Positions 1-12,346 of a stretch of 64,000 bases of DNA are shown here, piece by piece; within the stretch, counting starts at the first letter, position 1, and every line of letters begins with the position of its first letter. Source of the DNA: Nemertoderma westbladi (lineage: Eukaryota > Animalia > Xenacoelomorpha); assembly GCA_032718475.1 (NCBI GenBank), contig JAUCBJ010007937.1, forward strand, positions 26,865-90,864. The letters run 5' to 3'. Under the pieces are notes generated by a model. That model was not told the origin of the DNA and searched no databases. It was given only the letters and a program-made list of their open reading frames with translations. The position numbers and the translations under genes were made by a program.

Positions 1-1
1 G

Positions 2-1933
2 TATAATACTCAGAAGACTGGAACTGGATACATTTCCTACCTGTTATTCAATTGGGATTATAAGGAAGGTAAAAGAAACAAGTATATTGAAACTTATGGA
101 GAAGGTGATACTCCAGATATGAGTGAGTTTGAATCACAGCTTAAATGGAGAGGATGCGTGTATTGGGCTATTACGTCACCTCCAAGAGCGGTCTTACAAT
201 ATTATTTAGCAATAGAGTCGTCAGTGAATGTTTGCCTAATCGCCGACATTGTGTCTCGGACTCTCAAAAGACATCCACTTTGTCTCGGAGAAGATCATAC
301 GTTCTACATGGAAGGGAGAATTCGTACCGACGTGTTTAGACGATTCCTTGAACCCTTCTACAACTCCGACGCTCAATGTAATGCCTTTACTCGAGCAGGA
401 TTTAGCATATTTCGAGACGTGTATCTTCGCTGTGCGGGATCTCTTATCGAAAGACCATCTATGTTTACATTGTTACCTTATGAAGGAGAACGTATTGTGG
501 AAATTACGGATGAATCACGGCAGACGCGCGCGCCTATCGGTCACCTCGGTGATGATTTCAACGTAACTACTACGATCGCCGACGATCCTTTAGAGGAACT
601 TCTTGAAATAGAAAGGAACCTCCCGAAGAAATCTCAGACGGAGATTCGACAACTTGAAGCAACAGATGCTATAGTTTGTATACAACCTTCAGAAACCTAC
701 CAACCCATAGACCCAGATGATTACGATTATAGTATGGGAGGAAGCGCTCGACCGATTGGAGATCTTATATACGAACGAGTGTGGTACCCTGCTAATACGA
801 TGTGTAGTAAATGTGGCGTCGCTGGACATCATATGGCAAAGTGCAGTGGAAAGCACATTACTACGACTCAGCTAATCTGTGGATGGTGTGGGGATCAAGG
901 GTCTCATACCTTTTATACTTGCTGGAGATTTATGGCTCAATGTACTTACTGCAATATAAAAGGACATCGAGCATCTGAATGCCAACTGAGAGACATACCT
1001 TATGAACACGAATCTGTTAAACTCGTGAGGAAATTATTTGATGAGTGGGAAGATTTGGCCGACGAACATGTATCGGCACAAAGAAGACGGTTTCCGATGA
1101 GAGCGCATCTCGGATTTTGGGCGGTAAATCCCCAGACGATGATGTCGGAAGGATATATCTCCGCTATGCCTCAATATGACGAACTTATCGAGGTTGTCGA
1201 TATTTTGCCCCACGACAGCGGATTCCGAGTGATGCGCGAGTATCTACTACAGATTCACCCGGATAACAAAAACACGTGGAATTTTCAGAAAGTCGTTAAT
1301 CGGATTACGTATGGTGAATTCGATCGTTTCCGAACTGAAAAACGGAACAAGGGAGCTTGGTTAACCGTCGCATGGGCGTACCGAGCCGCGTTTTACCATA
1401 AACGTATACGAGTGAGCGTATTCGAGGAAGAAGAGGTCCTAGAGGCGACGAATATACCAGCCACTCCGGTTGCGCCGTCTGCACGTCACCCTCGGGAGGA
1501 CGGACAGGGTAGGATCATACGGGTCCAGAAAGTGGGCCAACAATTGAAGAAAATTATTAATGTAGAAGAACGCAAGGGAGTTGAGCCGACTATTCGAGTT
1601 ACTCGGGATACGGTATCACTTCCAAGAGAACCAGTAGGAGGATCGGGACATACACCAGCTGATCAACAGGGGGCGCAAGCTACTCTTGGGTCTGCGTCGT
1701 CCGCTTCTCACGCGTTCCCAGACGTTCTACCAACTGTAGTGACGACTGATCGGTCACGAGGAATTGGTCGAGGTTTTGGGATGCCAAATAGACGAATTTG
1801 CGAGGAAATAGTTGCACCGTCTCTCAACGTCCCAAGTAAACCAGTGACTCGCCCCATTAGTCCCATATCGCGAGCAAAGTCACCTGTGCGCAGTTTTCGA
1901 GGACGCGGCAGGGCTCGATCAACTAAGCGATAA
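2..1933 (+). CDS. 5'-partial accessory ORF of an LTR retrotransposon: C-terminal part of a DEDD-like exonuclease domain plus 3 CCHC zinc knuckles; homologue of 13061-15610
   Basis: The frame is open from nt 2 (YNTQKTGTGYISYLLFNWDYKEGKRNKYIETYGEGDTPD-M119). It has CSKCGVAGHHMAKC, CGWCGDQGSHTFYTC and CTYCNIKGHRASEC, then FDEWEDLA..RR..LGFW, matching FEEWADVG..RM..WGFF in the 849-aa ORF. The stop is followed directly by a purine tract. Confidence 0.75.
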   Translation, partial: YNTQKTGTGYISYLLFNWDYKEGKRNKYIETYGEGDTPDMSEFESQLKWRGCVYWAITSPPRAVLQYYLAIESSVNVCLIADIVSRTLKRHPLCLGEDHTFYMEGRIRTDVFRRFLEPFYNSDAQCNAFTRAGFSIFRDVYLRCAGSLIERPSMFTLLPYEGERIVEITDESRQTRAPIGHLGDDFNVTTTIADDPLEELLEIERNLPKKSQTEIRQLEATDAIVCIQPSETYQPIDPDDYDYSMGGSARPIGDLIYERVWYPANTMCSKCGVAGHHMAKCSGKHITTTQLICGWCGDQGSHTFYTCWRFMAQCTYCNIKGHRASECQLRDIPYEHESVKLVRKLFDEWEDLADEHVSAQRRRFPMRAHLGFWAVNPQTMMSEGYISAMPQYDELIEVVDILPHDSGFRVMREYLLQIHPDNKNTWNFQKVVNRITYGEFDRFRTEKRNKGAWLTVAWAYRAAFYHKRIRVSVFEEEEVLEATNIPATPVAPSARHPREDGQGRIIRVQKVGQQLKKIINVEERKGVEPTIRVTRDTVSLPREPVGGSGHTPADQQGAQATLGSASSASHAFPDVLPTVVTTDRSRGIGRGFGMPNRRICEEIVAPSLNVPSKPVTRPISPISRAKSPVRSFRGRGRARSTKR

Positions 1934-2237
1934 AAGGGAGGGCAAGGGTGGACGGAAGACTCGTGAGCCTTTCTTATGATTTGTGATTTATTTGAATTAT
2001 ATGTTTTATATTTAGGAAGTTTTGTATTCTGAAAGGGACTCATATTTAGTGAAACTTATATTCTATATTTGTGCTTATTCTGAACGCAATTTATATTTTA
2101 TAAGCAGTATTTGTACCTAAAGAGAAAGTTTTATAGACAGAAAATTTTGTGCTCAGAAAGACTCATATTTGTAATTATTCCAAACTTATGCAATCTACAT
2201 TTAGGTACGAAAGTATTTGTAATTACTTGAATTTATG

Positions 2238-2436
2238 CAATATTTGAGATGCAATAGTAGATGGAAGACTTGCGAGCCTTTCTTATTGTTTTCATTTATT
2301 TGTATTTGTAATTGTTTGAATTTTTGCAATATTTGAGATGCAATAGTAGATGGAAGACTTGCGAGCCTTTCTTATTGTTTTCATTTATTTGTATTTGTAA
2401 TTGTTTGAATTTATGCAATATTTGAGATGCAATAGA
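2238..2436. repeat. Tandem duplication of a ~89-bp unit (about 2.2 copies)
   Basis: gcaatatttgagatgcaatagtagatggaagacttgcgagcctttcttattg... is repeated; related to ggaagactcgtgagcctttcttat at ~1954. Confidence 0.8.
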
Positions 2437-2794
2437 TTTATATTGGTGAATTTAATTTAGATTTATATTGTACTTACTTAGTAAAGCCTTAAATACGTAA
2501 AGTTTGAATTTGTAATTAATTTTGTATCGAATCATTACGTAGAAAGGAAGTATTGTTTGAAACTTAATTGTAAATATGTAAGTACGCCCTAAGTATTCTA
2601 TAGTTTGATTGATTATTGGTGAAAACCGTATATTTTATGCACGATAATATCCTGTTTTCATGGAGCGGTATAGAATTATATTCCCTAAATGCCGTGGATT
2701 TTCAAAATTTTATTTTATTCGGATTAACTTTGTAAAGATTGCTTTGAGTTCTCACTCGTATTGGTTCTATCTATTATGCATCTATCGGTCAAGT

Positions 2795-2881
2795 GGTTCA
2801 GTAGCTCAGTTGGTAGAGCGTTGGAAATTATATGTGTAGTAGGTATCGAGTTCGAATCCTAGTAAGTGCGAATTATTTTTT
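2795..2881 (+). other. tRNA-derived Pol III promoter sequence (pseudo-tRNA or SINE head)
   Basis: A box TAGCTCAGTTGGTAGAGC, B box GTTCGAATCC and a T-run at 2876-2881; acceptor and anticodon stems do not pair well. Confidence 0.6.
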
Positions 2882-4639
2882 GTGCAGAATTTCAACTCAT
2901 TTAAATTAACCGCTACAAATTAATTGCATTTGTCTGTACCAATGAGGCTGTAGTTATTTGATTGTAACCAATGTCGTGCAAGTTATATATTAGCTGGACC
3001 AATAGCTATCTTTAAAACCCTGTTAGAACCTATAGAACAATCGGGAATTTTCTCGATTGATTGCGGCACAAATTTGGTATAAAAAGGTGCGATTTGTTCA
3101 TTAGTTGACAATTATATCTATCTAATTCAATCTCAATTGCTGATCTACCTTAACTTTCTGTCTTATTTCAGATTACATTGTTTATTGTATAATAGTTATT
3201 ATATCTTTTGTAATAAAAGTCAGAAATACTAGTCACATCTCAGCCCTTTTCTATCTGTTTTACTATGGTTTCACTACGGTGAACAAACTCAGGGACAGGA
3301 TGGCCGGCTAGAGATCGGGCCGCAGCAATGAACGGGAACATCACGGGAATGTAGACGAGAGACAACCCGCAATACCATTTAGAGTTATTCGCCCATCGCC
3401 TGAAAGGTTAGACAGCGTTCGATCCTTGCTACCTAAGTGTAAGACCAAAAGATCAAAAGGTAGACGTAGTGACACGCTGTAAGCCCAAAATTACATCATA
3501 GGGACTGTACCGTCTTGATTCAGGAAAAACCCACAGTAGACCTTCATATTCCTACGGGGGAGGGAGAGAGAGCAGATACTAGTACGCAGATAGGACGTAG
3601 GCACACCGGTACAAGGCATACACATTGGTTAGGGTGCAGCAAACTGTACGCTTAACTCTTGCTAAGTACAGGTGTGTGTGCGACTATTTACAGTACGACA
3701 GTGTCCATTACATCAGAACTTGTAGGCTAAGGGGGTTGCTGTGTTTTCACCTGAATTGGGATTGTACCGTTCAGGCGGTAGGGCAGTTTACACTAGGCGC
3801 AAATAAATTGAGGCTATCAGGGATATACTAACATCTACCGTGTCCCCGCCAACGCCCTAATAGGAAGTTACCCGGACTACCTGGGTGACTAAAATTCTAG
3901 ATAGGAGCCAGGATAGCTATTAGTACCCGTACGCCTACAGTAGTAAACTAACACATCTCTTCTTAGTATCAGGGACCTGGTACCTAAAATTGCCGAATTC
4001 TGGGCGTAGTATTAACCTTATGCCTGAATTTGAGTCCTGGAAATACGCAAGAGGGGAAGGAACCTTATCATTCGTGAGTATTGGACCTACAAGTTACAAA
4101 TTTAGAATATTCGTAAATGCACACCGCACCCAGTAATTATATATGTGAAGGAGCAAAACTGTTTTGACCGTTCAGAATTAACACACGCGCGTTAGAAATT
4201 ATTTACACCTCGAAATATATAAAATTAACTTTTGTCCGTACTGTGCTTTGCCCGCTAGTTAGACATCTCCAAATATCTGCTCTGTACCTAGCTAGCGTCC
4301 CTTTGCCCAACCATATAAATCACACCGCGGCAAAGTATACGAGCCTCTTAGTCCGTCAGTGAGTCAGCCTGATTTTAGGATTCGCTGCGCGGGATTTTGT
4401 TTCATCGAAGTTTGTCTGCTCGTAGACTGTTTTCTGCCTCACCGGTTATAAGAGATCGATACTGCAATATATTCGCTTACTTAGAGTTTACTGTTTTGGT
4501 GAGAAGGTCGGATTTATGATTTGATTCACAAACTTTACAGTAGGATATTGCAGGTATTGTTGCTGTCTCTTCAATTAGCTTAATATAGCATATAGTGACA
4601 GGACAATTGTCCCTAGACAATTATTATTGCCCTCAAGAC

Positions 4640-5690
4640 TATTTCCTCCCAATTACACTTATATTTCCACCAAAGACACTTATATTTCCCCCCAATGATA
4701 CTTATATTTTCCCCCAATTACACTTATATTTCCCTCTAATTACACTTATATTTCCCCCCAATGACACTTATATTTCCCCCCAATGGCACTTATATTCCCC
4801 CCCAATGACACTTATATTTCCCCCCGCCCCAAAGACACTTATATTTTCCCCCAATGACACTTATATTTCCCCCCGCCCCAAAGACACCTATATTTCCCCC
4901 AATGACACTTATATTTCCCCCCAATTACACTTATATTTCCCCCTAATTACACTTATATTTTGCCAATGATACTTATATTTCACCCAATGACACTTATATT
5001 TCCCCCAATGGCACTTATATTTCCCCTCAATGACACTTATATTTCCCCCCGCCCCAAAGACACTTATATTTCCCCCAATGACACTTATATTTTCCCCCAA
5101 TTACACTTATATTTCCCCCTAATTACACTTATATTTCCCCCCAATGACACTTATATTTCCCCCCAATGATACTTATATTTCCCCCAATGACACTTATATT
5201 TCCCCCCAATGACACTTATATCCCCCCCAATGACACTTATATTTCCCCCCAATGACTCTTATATTTCCCCCAAATTACACTTATATTTCCCCACAATGAC
5301 ACTTATATTTCCACCCAATCACACTTATATTCCCCCCCACCCCAATGACACTTATATTTCCCCCCCCCCCCAATGACACTTATATTTCCCCTCAATTACA
5401 CTTATTTTTTCCTCCAAATACACTTATATTTCCCCCTAATTACACTTATATTTCCCCCAATGACACTTATATTTCCCCCAATGACACTTATATTTCCCCC
5501 CCCCAATGACACTTATATTTCCCCCAATAACACTTATATTTCCCCCCGCCCCAAAGATACTTATATTTCCCCCAATGACACTTATATTTCCCCCAATTAC
5601 ACTTATATTTCCCCCTAATTACACTTATATTTCCCCCCAATGACACTTATATTTCCCCCCAATGACACTTATATTTTCCCCCAATGACAC
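4640..5690. repeat. Minisatellite, ~21-23-bp unit (CAATGACACTTATATTTCCCCC)
   Basis: Directly visible tandem array with variable C-run length. Confidence 0.95.
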
Positions 5691-7727
5691 GCATATTACG
5701 TGCGGCAACTCCTACGCATGTAGGAGTTGCGACCACAAGCGGTTTACTCTCGCAACTGAAAGATATGAGTATGAGAACCCTCCAGGAGAAATGCCGGCTC
5801 GGTCGTCGCCCGGGTCAACAAGGACCGCGTCCCCCAGTGGTACACCAGGCTGGGGTCGATAAATTGGCTACTGGAACAGAAGACAGAGAAGAAAGAAGAA
5901 CCAACCTGCTGAAATGTAAAAAGACACTAAGATTGCTACAATGAACGCACGCACGCTGAAAGCACAGAGCAAACAGGGTGACATGGTCGCTCTGGCAATG
6001 GAATATAACATCGACATCATCTGCATCCAAGAACGTCGGATTTGTCATGAAGACACTGCCATGAAGTACAATGACATTGGAAATGGATGGACTTTTGTAA
6101 CAAGCTCAGCAGTAAGAAACTCGGCCAATGCATCAATTGGAGGAGTTGGAATTCTGCTAAGTCAATTTGCACTTATGACCCTAAACAACATCGAATCTAT
6201 AAATTCCAGGGTTATGATAGCAACATTTGAGGGTAATCCCAAGACAACAGTAATATGTTGCTACAGTCCAACCAATGCCTCAGAGCCAGAACAAGCAGTC
6301 AAGTTTTATGAAGATCTGACTGGACTTATAAAGGACATTCCGAAACACAACGTTAAAGTCATTGCTGGTTACCTGAATGCTCAAATTGGCCCAGAAGACA
6401 TCAAGGGTTACACACATAACACCAGTTCTAATAGAAATGGGTACTTACTTTTAGACCTAATGGAAGAATGTGAATTGATACCAACAAACACCACATTCGA
6501 AAAGAGTAAGGGGAAGCTATGGACCTTTCAATACCCTAATGGAACCAAAGCACAACTGGATTACATCCTCATAAACAAAAAGTGGAGAAACAGCATGATC
6601 AACTGCGAGGCATACAGCTCGTTCAACCTAATTGGTTCGGACCACAGAATTGTGACTGCAGAGATCAGACTCAGTTTGAGAGCCAGCAAACCTAGGACAA
6701 GCAAGCAAATCAACTATGACTGGGAGAAACTCAGAACTGACAATGCAGTAAAGGATGCTTACACAGTAGAAGATCAAAACCGCTTTGAAGCACTCCAGTC
6801 AATGGATGAAGACCAGTCCACCGATTCAATATACCAGAATATAATAAAAGCCCACAAGGAATCAGCTAAGAGGCATATCCCCCAGAAACCCAAACGAAAA
6901 CAGTATGTGCCATGGCGAAACTCTGAGGTTACTTGTAAGAGAGAAGATCTTAAGATAGCCTACAAAGTAAAAACCGAACAACCAACAACCGAAAACATTA
7001 ACAAGGTTGAGAAAGCTAAGGATGATCTTAAATTGGCCTACAACATCAGCCAGGAAAAGTACATACAGGATAAAACTGAAGCAATTACAACTGCTCACAT
7101 ACAGCAACAATCAAGACTTACCTGTAATACCAGAAGTAATCGTTGCTGGCATTGGATTGTTATATTGTGACACAGAAGCGCAGGTACTCTCACCAGATGG
7201 TGAAACTGAGTTTTTCTCAATCCTGGCTGGCGTACTGCAAGGTGACACATTTGCACCATTACTATTTGTAATTGTGCTGGATTACGCAATAAGGACGGCC
7301 ACAAAGGGTGAAGATCTGGGACTCACACTTCAAGAACGCAGAAGTAGTAGATATCCGGCAACTACAGTCACAGACACCGACTTTGCGGATGACATCGCCC
7401 TGCTCTCTAATACGCTAGCAGATGTACAGCTTCTACTAAATAAAGTGGAGAGGGCTGATAATGAGGTTGGATTGCATATAAATGCTACCAAGACCGAATT
7501 CATGACCTTTAATGTTGATGGAAACTTGACAACCATTGATAATAATCAACTAAGTAAGGTCGATGACTTCCAGTACCTTGGATCATGGATAGAGAGTAGC
7601 AAAAAGGACATAGAAGTTAGGAAAGCAAAGGCTTGGGTAGCTCTATCAAGAATGGATACCATGTGGAAATCAGATTTCCCCAGGCACCTGAAGACTAAGT
7701 TCTTTCGAGCCACAGTGGAAAGTGTAT
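5691..7727 (+). mobile_element. RTE-clade LINE (APE endonuclease + partial RT), internally deleted and 3'-truncated
   Basis: APE motifs (MNARTL, CIQE, CYSPT, LDYIL, SDHR) and RT motifs (GVLQGDT, DFADD, FQYLGS). The sequence jumps at ~7125 from linker straight to IPEVIV; part of the missing segment is present in the sister copy at 61590-61965. Confidence 0.9.
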
Positions 7728-7740
7728 TTTTATTAAGTGA

Positions 7741-7897
7741 ATATTCCACATTTTTTCCATAATAATATTACACATTTTTTCCATAATAATATTCCACATT
7801 TTTTCCATAATAATATTACACATTTTTTCCATAATAATATTACACTTTTTTTCCATAATAATATTACACATTTTTTCCATAATAATATTACACATAA
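7741..7897. repeat. 24-bp minisatellite (ATATTACACATTTTTTCCATAATA), ~6 copies
   Basis: Direct tandem repeat just after the truncated LINE. Confidence 0.9.
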
Positions 7898-8191
7898 TAA
7901 TTGTTTGTGTTAATTTTGAGTGATTTTTCATGGTTGAAGAGTAAAATCCACAAATAGTTACTGCATTATATATAAAAAACGAAGAAAATAATTTAAATAG
8001 TAATAATAATCTTTCAACATTAATTTCTTAATAAAGGTAATTTCTGAAGGGGTTTGGGAACTGAATGTTTTTCAACTGGATGTTGGCGATGTACTAGATG
8101 TAACGCTGGTTTTACGTAGCGATAACGAAGTTGACACTAGAGAATCGACCTTCACGCAAACAATACGAGTTGTTAATTCCCGTCCACCGGA

Positions 8192-9702
8192 TCTAACCCT
8201 AAGGTAAATGTTATTCTACCTAACTATAATGTAAATTATATTCTACCTAACTATTATGTAAATGTTATTCTACCTAACTATAATGTAAATGTTATTCTAC
8301 CTAACTATAATGTAAATGTTATTCTACCTAACTATAATGTAAATGTTATTCTACCTAACTATTATGTAAATGTTATTCTACCTAACTATAATGTAAATGT
8401 TATTCTACCTAACTATTATGTAAATGTTATTCTACCTAACTATAATGTAAATGTTATTCTACCTAACTATAATGTAAATGTTATTCTACCTAACTATAAT
8501 GTAAGTGTTATTCTACCTAACTATAATGTAAATGTTATTCTACCTAACTATAATGTAAGTGTTATTCTACCTAACTATAATGTAAATGTTATTCTACCTA
8601 ACTATAATGTAAATGTTATTCTACCTAACTATAATGTAAATGTTATTCTACCTAACTATAATGTAAGTGTTATTCTACCTAACTATAATGTAAATGTTAT
8701 TCTACCTAACTATAATGTAAGTGTTATTCTACCTAACTATAATGTAAATGTTATTCTACCTAGCTATAATGTAAATGTTATTCTACGTTACTATAATGTA
8801 AATTATATTCTACCTAACTATTATGTAAATGTTATTCTACCTAACTATAATGTAAATGTTATTCTACCTAACTATAATGTAAATGTTATTCTACCTAACT
8901 ATAATGTAAATGTTATTCTACCTAACTATTATGTAAATGTTATTCTACCTAACTATAATGTAAATGTTATTCTACCTAACTATAATGTAAATGTTATTCT
9001 ACCTAACTATAATGTAAGTGTTATTCTACGTAACTATAATGTAAATGTTATTCTACCTAACTATTATGTAAATGTTATTCTACCTAACTATAATGTAAAT
9101 GTTATTCTACCTAACTATAATGTAAATGTTATTCTACCTAACTATAATGTAAATGTTATTCTACCTAACTATAATGTAAATGTTATTCTACCTAACTATA
9201 ATGTAAGTGTTATTCTACCTAACTATAATGTAAGTGTTATTCTACCTAACTATAATGTAAATGTTATTCTACCTAACTATAATGTAAGTGTTATTCTACG
9301 TAACTATAATGTAAATGTTATTCTACCTAACTATTATGTAAATGTTATTCTACCTAACTATAATGTAAATGTTATTCTACCTAACTATAATGTAAATGTT
9401 ATTCTACCTAACTATAATGTAAATGTTATTCTACCTAACTATAATGTAAATGTTATTCTACCTAACTATTATGTAAATGTTATTCTACCTAACTATAATG
9501 TAATTGTTATTCTACCTAACTATAATGTAAGTGTTATTCTACCTAACTATAATGTAAATGAAATTCTGCCTAACTACCTAACTATAATGTAAATGTTATT
9601 CTACCTAACTATATATCACGACTAACTCTACCTATCTAACACGAGTGGCAGGGATGGGGAAACCCAACAAATGGGAGGGCCGCACATGGCGGCTAAAACT
9701 GG
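8192..9702 (+). mobile_element. Possible non-autonomous Helitron carrying the 27-bp array
   Basis: A|TC at 8191/8192; 3' hairpin GCCGC-ACATG-GCGGC (9679-9693), then CTGG|T (CTRR|T) at 9699-9703. Confidence 0.4.
8205..9612. repeat. 27-bp satellite (TAATGTAAATGTTATTCTACCTAACTA), ~52 copies
   Basis: Period 27 (e.g. 8281 to 8308), highly homogeneous. Confidence 0.97.
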
Positions 9703-10119
9703 TTAGTCAACACGTAGGTAGAACTGTGTAATAAGTTTCCATACAATTTCCATATATCTGTTACCCAATATTAATTGTGTTCAATTGTCTATTATCTACT
9801 GCGGATGTCGGACGGTTTTTGACCGTCGTCGTTGCGTGTAGTACTTTGATTGTGCTGTAATCTATTTACCGGTATTTATACACATATCAGCTATTATTAA
9901 CAACGATAAAGCAATAACTCTTTTAACTCTGTTATTCATACCGGCCTGCAGCCTTTTCAACCTTGATAGTCATCACAAGCGCGGCGATGCGTACTACTGT
10001 ATACCACGACATAGAATTTCCCAGTCGGGATCCTTTGCCAACTCGGATCCCGTCACAATATAAGTTATGTTCAATCGAACCGCCTTTTAGTCTTCAAATA
10101 GGTATATATCTTGATTGAT

Positions 10120-10342
10120 CGCCTCACATGGGCCAGGGCAGTTTTCGTTTCGGCACGAATGCATTAAAGGGACCAGCCAGGGCGCATCTCTGCCTTGCAT
10201 CCTTAAGTGGTAGCTAAATGAGTACTCGAGTTTCCTCTGGGGAGTAAAGTTCTGGGGGGAACGCACTGGAAATAAGTCGTCAGACTTTGTGCGTAATCCC
10301 TGGCCTAGCGGCCGAAGAAAATTTACTTTTTTTTACTTTTGC
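10120..10342 (+). mobile_element. SINE remnant with conserved central domain (Meta/Nin-type)
   Basis: CTCTGCCTTGCATCCTTAAGTGGTAGCTAAATGAGTAC resembles the conserved invertebrate SINE core as I recall it; ends in a (TTTAC/TTTT) tail. Confidence 0.45.
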
Positions 10343-11816
10343 TATTAAGATATGCTAAATAATATTTAAGTAACTTTTTTTTTGTAGATGTGTTACCAAC
10401 TGCAAGGAGAAACTCAACCCAGATGGTGTTTTTATTGCGATAGCGGAATGTGGTAATTGCGCGGATGAATATCCTGATGCCACCTACCATTGGCTGCTGG
10501 AATGCCATGGTTACAACCAGGAAAAATGCCAAACTGCGGGAAATATCGCTAATTTTCAATCCGATTTCGATGTGGCTCAAAATGACGGTTAGTTAAATTT
10601 ACATTGAAAATTATGTAGGAGCCCAAAATCGCTATAAAATACTTGTCAGGGCCAATTTGCCGGGTACCCAGATGACATTATTTAAGTAAATACATTTATT
10701 ATTATTAAGTTATATATTTATTTCAATAATATATATATTTTATATTTAACAAGCTGGAAATACCCGAGGCTGCTTACCCGGTATTTCCCGATAATTGTAT
10801 TGCTAGGCCTACCTAATGTAGAATGCAGTACCATTAATATGTACGGTAATTCAAAAGAAAAAAACGGGCCGGTAACGGTTCTGCCAAAACCGGCAATATA
10901 CTTTACCGGTACCGAACGAGAAATACACTTTTCGAAGTGACCTATAATGACAGCTCGTTAAAGTTTACGCCAAGTTTCAACGCAATCCCTCCACCCGTTT
11001 TAGAGGAGTTCGAGCACAACAGGGAGAGAGACAGTGAGAGAGAAATAATTTGGCTTTTATAGGCATGGATGATGTAGATCTTATGACCATGAGGACAGAA
11101 CGCACACCAAAGAGTATCGTTTCGAGAAAAATAGCAAAAAAAAACTGTAATTTTAATTTATTAAAGAACGAGCTATCAGATAATCGATCATAGAGGCTGA
11201 CCAACACTATAAATTAACTGTCTTATTATTTAGCCGGGTGGGTTGTTTAGAACAACCCGCACAGTTTACATGACTTCGGTTTGTGTACTGCGGGTTGTTT
11301 TACTTCTGTTATTTTGTAAACTTTAATGTTGTGTGGCTTATTCTGGTTCTCCTATTATCACAATATCATTCTAATTTGACCAGCATACGACTCTAGTATA
11401 TTAGATATATTTATTATTGCTTCAGATTTATAGCTTTGATTGTAACGAGTCAAAAATACTGTCAATCCCTGGTTAATGTACCTTATCCAACATGCGCAAA
11501 ACACACTTAGTTATCAATTTGTTATTTATAATATAACTCTTGACTTCTATGGGATATCCGGTATTTTGTGGAGCTTTTCTGTTGTATTGTTTCGGACGCT
11601 GCAATATCGTCATTCCATGATGGATTCGCATTGTCTTCCAACACAAATATAATAAACGAACCATCACTAGAAACACGGTTGTCGGTGGTCTCGGGTCATC
11701 CAGAAGATATTCATGAGTCACATAATCCATTCAGCATGTTACAGAGAACTGGTATGGTGTAACGTTCTAGAATTTTATTATCCCCCACACCACATATGGT
11801 AATAGGTGGCGTTAAT

Positions 11817-12346
11817 TGTGACGGAATCCAGGAGGGATCCCGATTTATCCGGTATTTAGTTCACGCGTCCCCGCCGTGTATAAAGAGTGAATGAAAGTAA
11901 AATGAGTTCTGAAGTTCGGTGTATAATAATAGAGGTATAAGATATAGATATATTGTATAGTATATGGAAGGCGGGATACGGTAACTAAAAGTCCCGTGCT
12001 CCCCTATCTAAACTAATTAACCTATGCTAGCACTACTGCACTGAGATAACTGAATTACTGATATTGGGTTACTGGTTATATTGCACGGTTGGCCTGATTA
12101 CTACCTAATCGATGCCTTGCCCCCCTCTGATTGGTTGATACCCTTGTTGGCGCCCTTTGGAGTGTTCCCGTTCACTCCACCTATTCTCTCTGGGTTAGGG
12201 GTTTGGCCCCTGACCCTCTATTGTGTGCTTCCTTCCCATTCTTATTGGGATGGCACGAGTTGGTTAATTATCCAATCTCGTGGCTCCCAATATTGCTTAT
12301 CGGCTTATAACTTTATGGGGTGTTAGCGGGATTGAATAAGCTAACA
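11817..12346 (-). repeat. 3' LTR of the Bel/Pao element
   Basis: Near-identical to 24663-25192; preceded on the minus strand by PPT GGGGGGGAG (12347-12355). Confidence 0.97.

Larger units (their letters stand above)
1934..3300 (+). mobile_element. Putative PPT plus 3' LTR of an upstream LTR retrotransposon (right boundary uncertain)
   Basis: Purine tract AAGGGAGGGCAAGGG at 1934-1948, then TG at 1949. TATAAAAA near 3078 with a TTAGTT Inr-like motif about 25 nt downstream, and AATAAA near 3212. No second LTR copy is in the window to confirm it. Confidence 0.4.

Noticed and set aside
119-1933. Retroviral gag
   Set aside because: It has zinc knuckles but is followed by a purine tract and LTR-like DNA, not pol, and it matches the accessory ORF.
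2795-2871. Functional tRNA gene
   Set aside because: Acceptor and anticodon stems do not pair.
4595-5862. ORFs in the minisatellite (also 7695-7931, 45914-46722, 49747-50555 and the alternative frames at 28650-29641)
   Set aside because: Products of stop-free tandem repeats.
8205-9612. CRISPR-like regular array
   Set aside because: Head-to-tail 27-bp units with no unique spacers and no cas genes, in a eukaryotic context.
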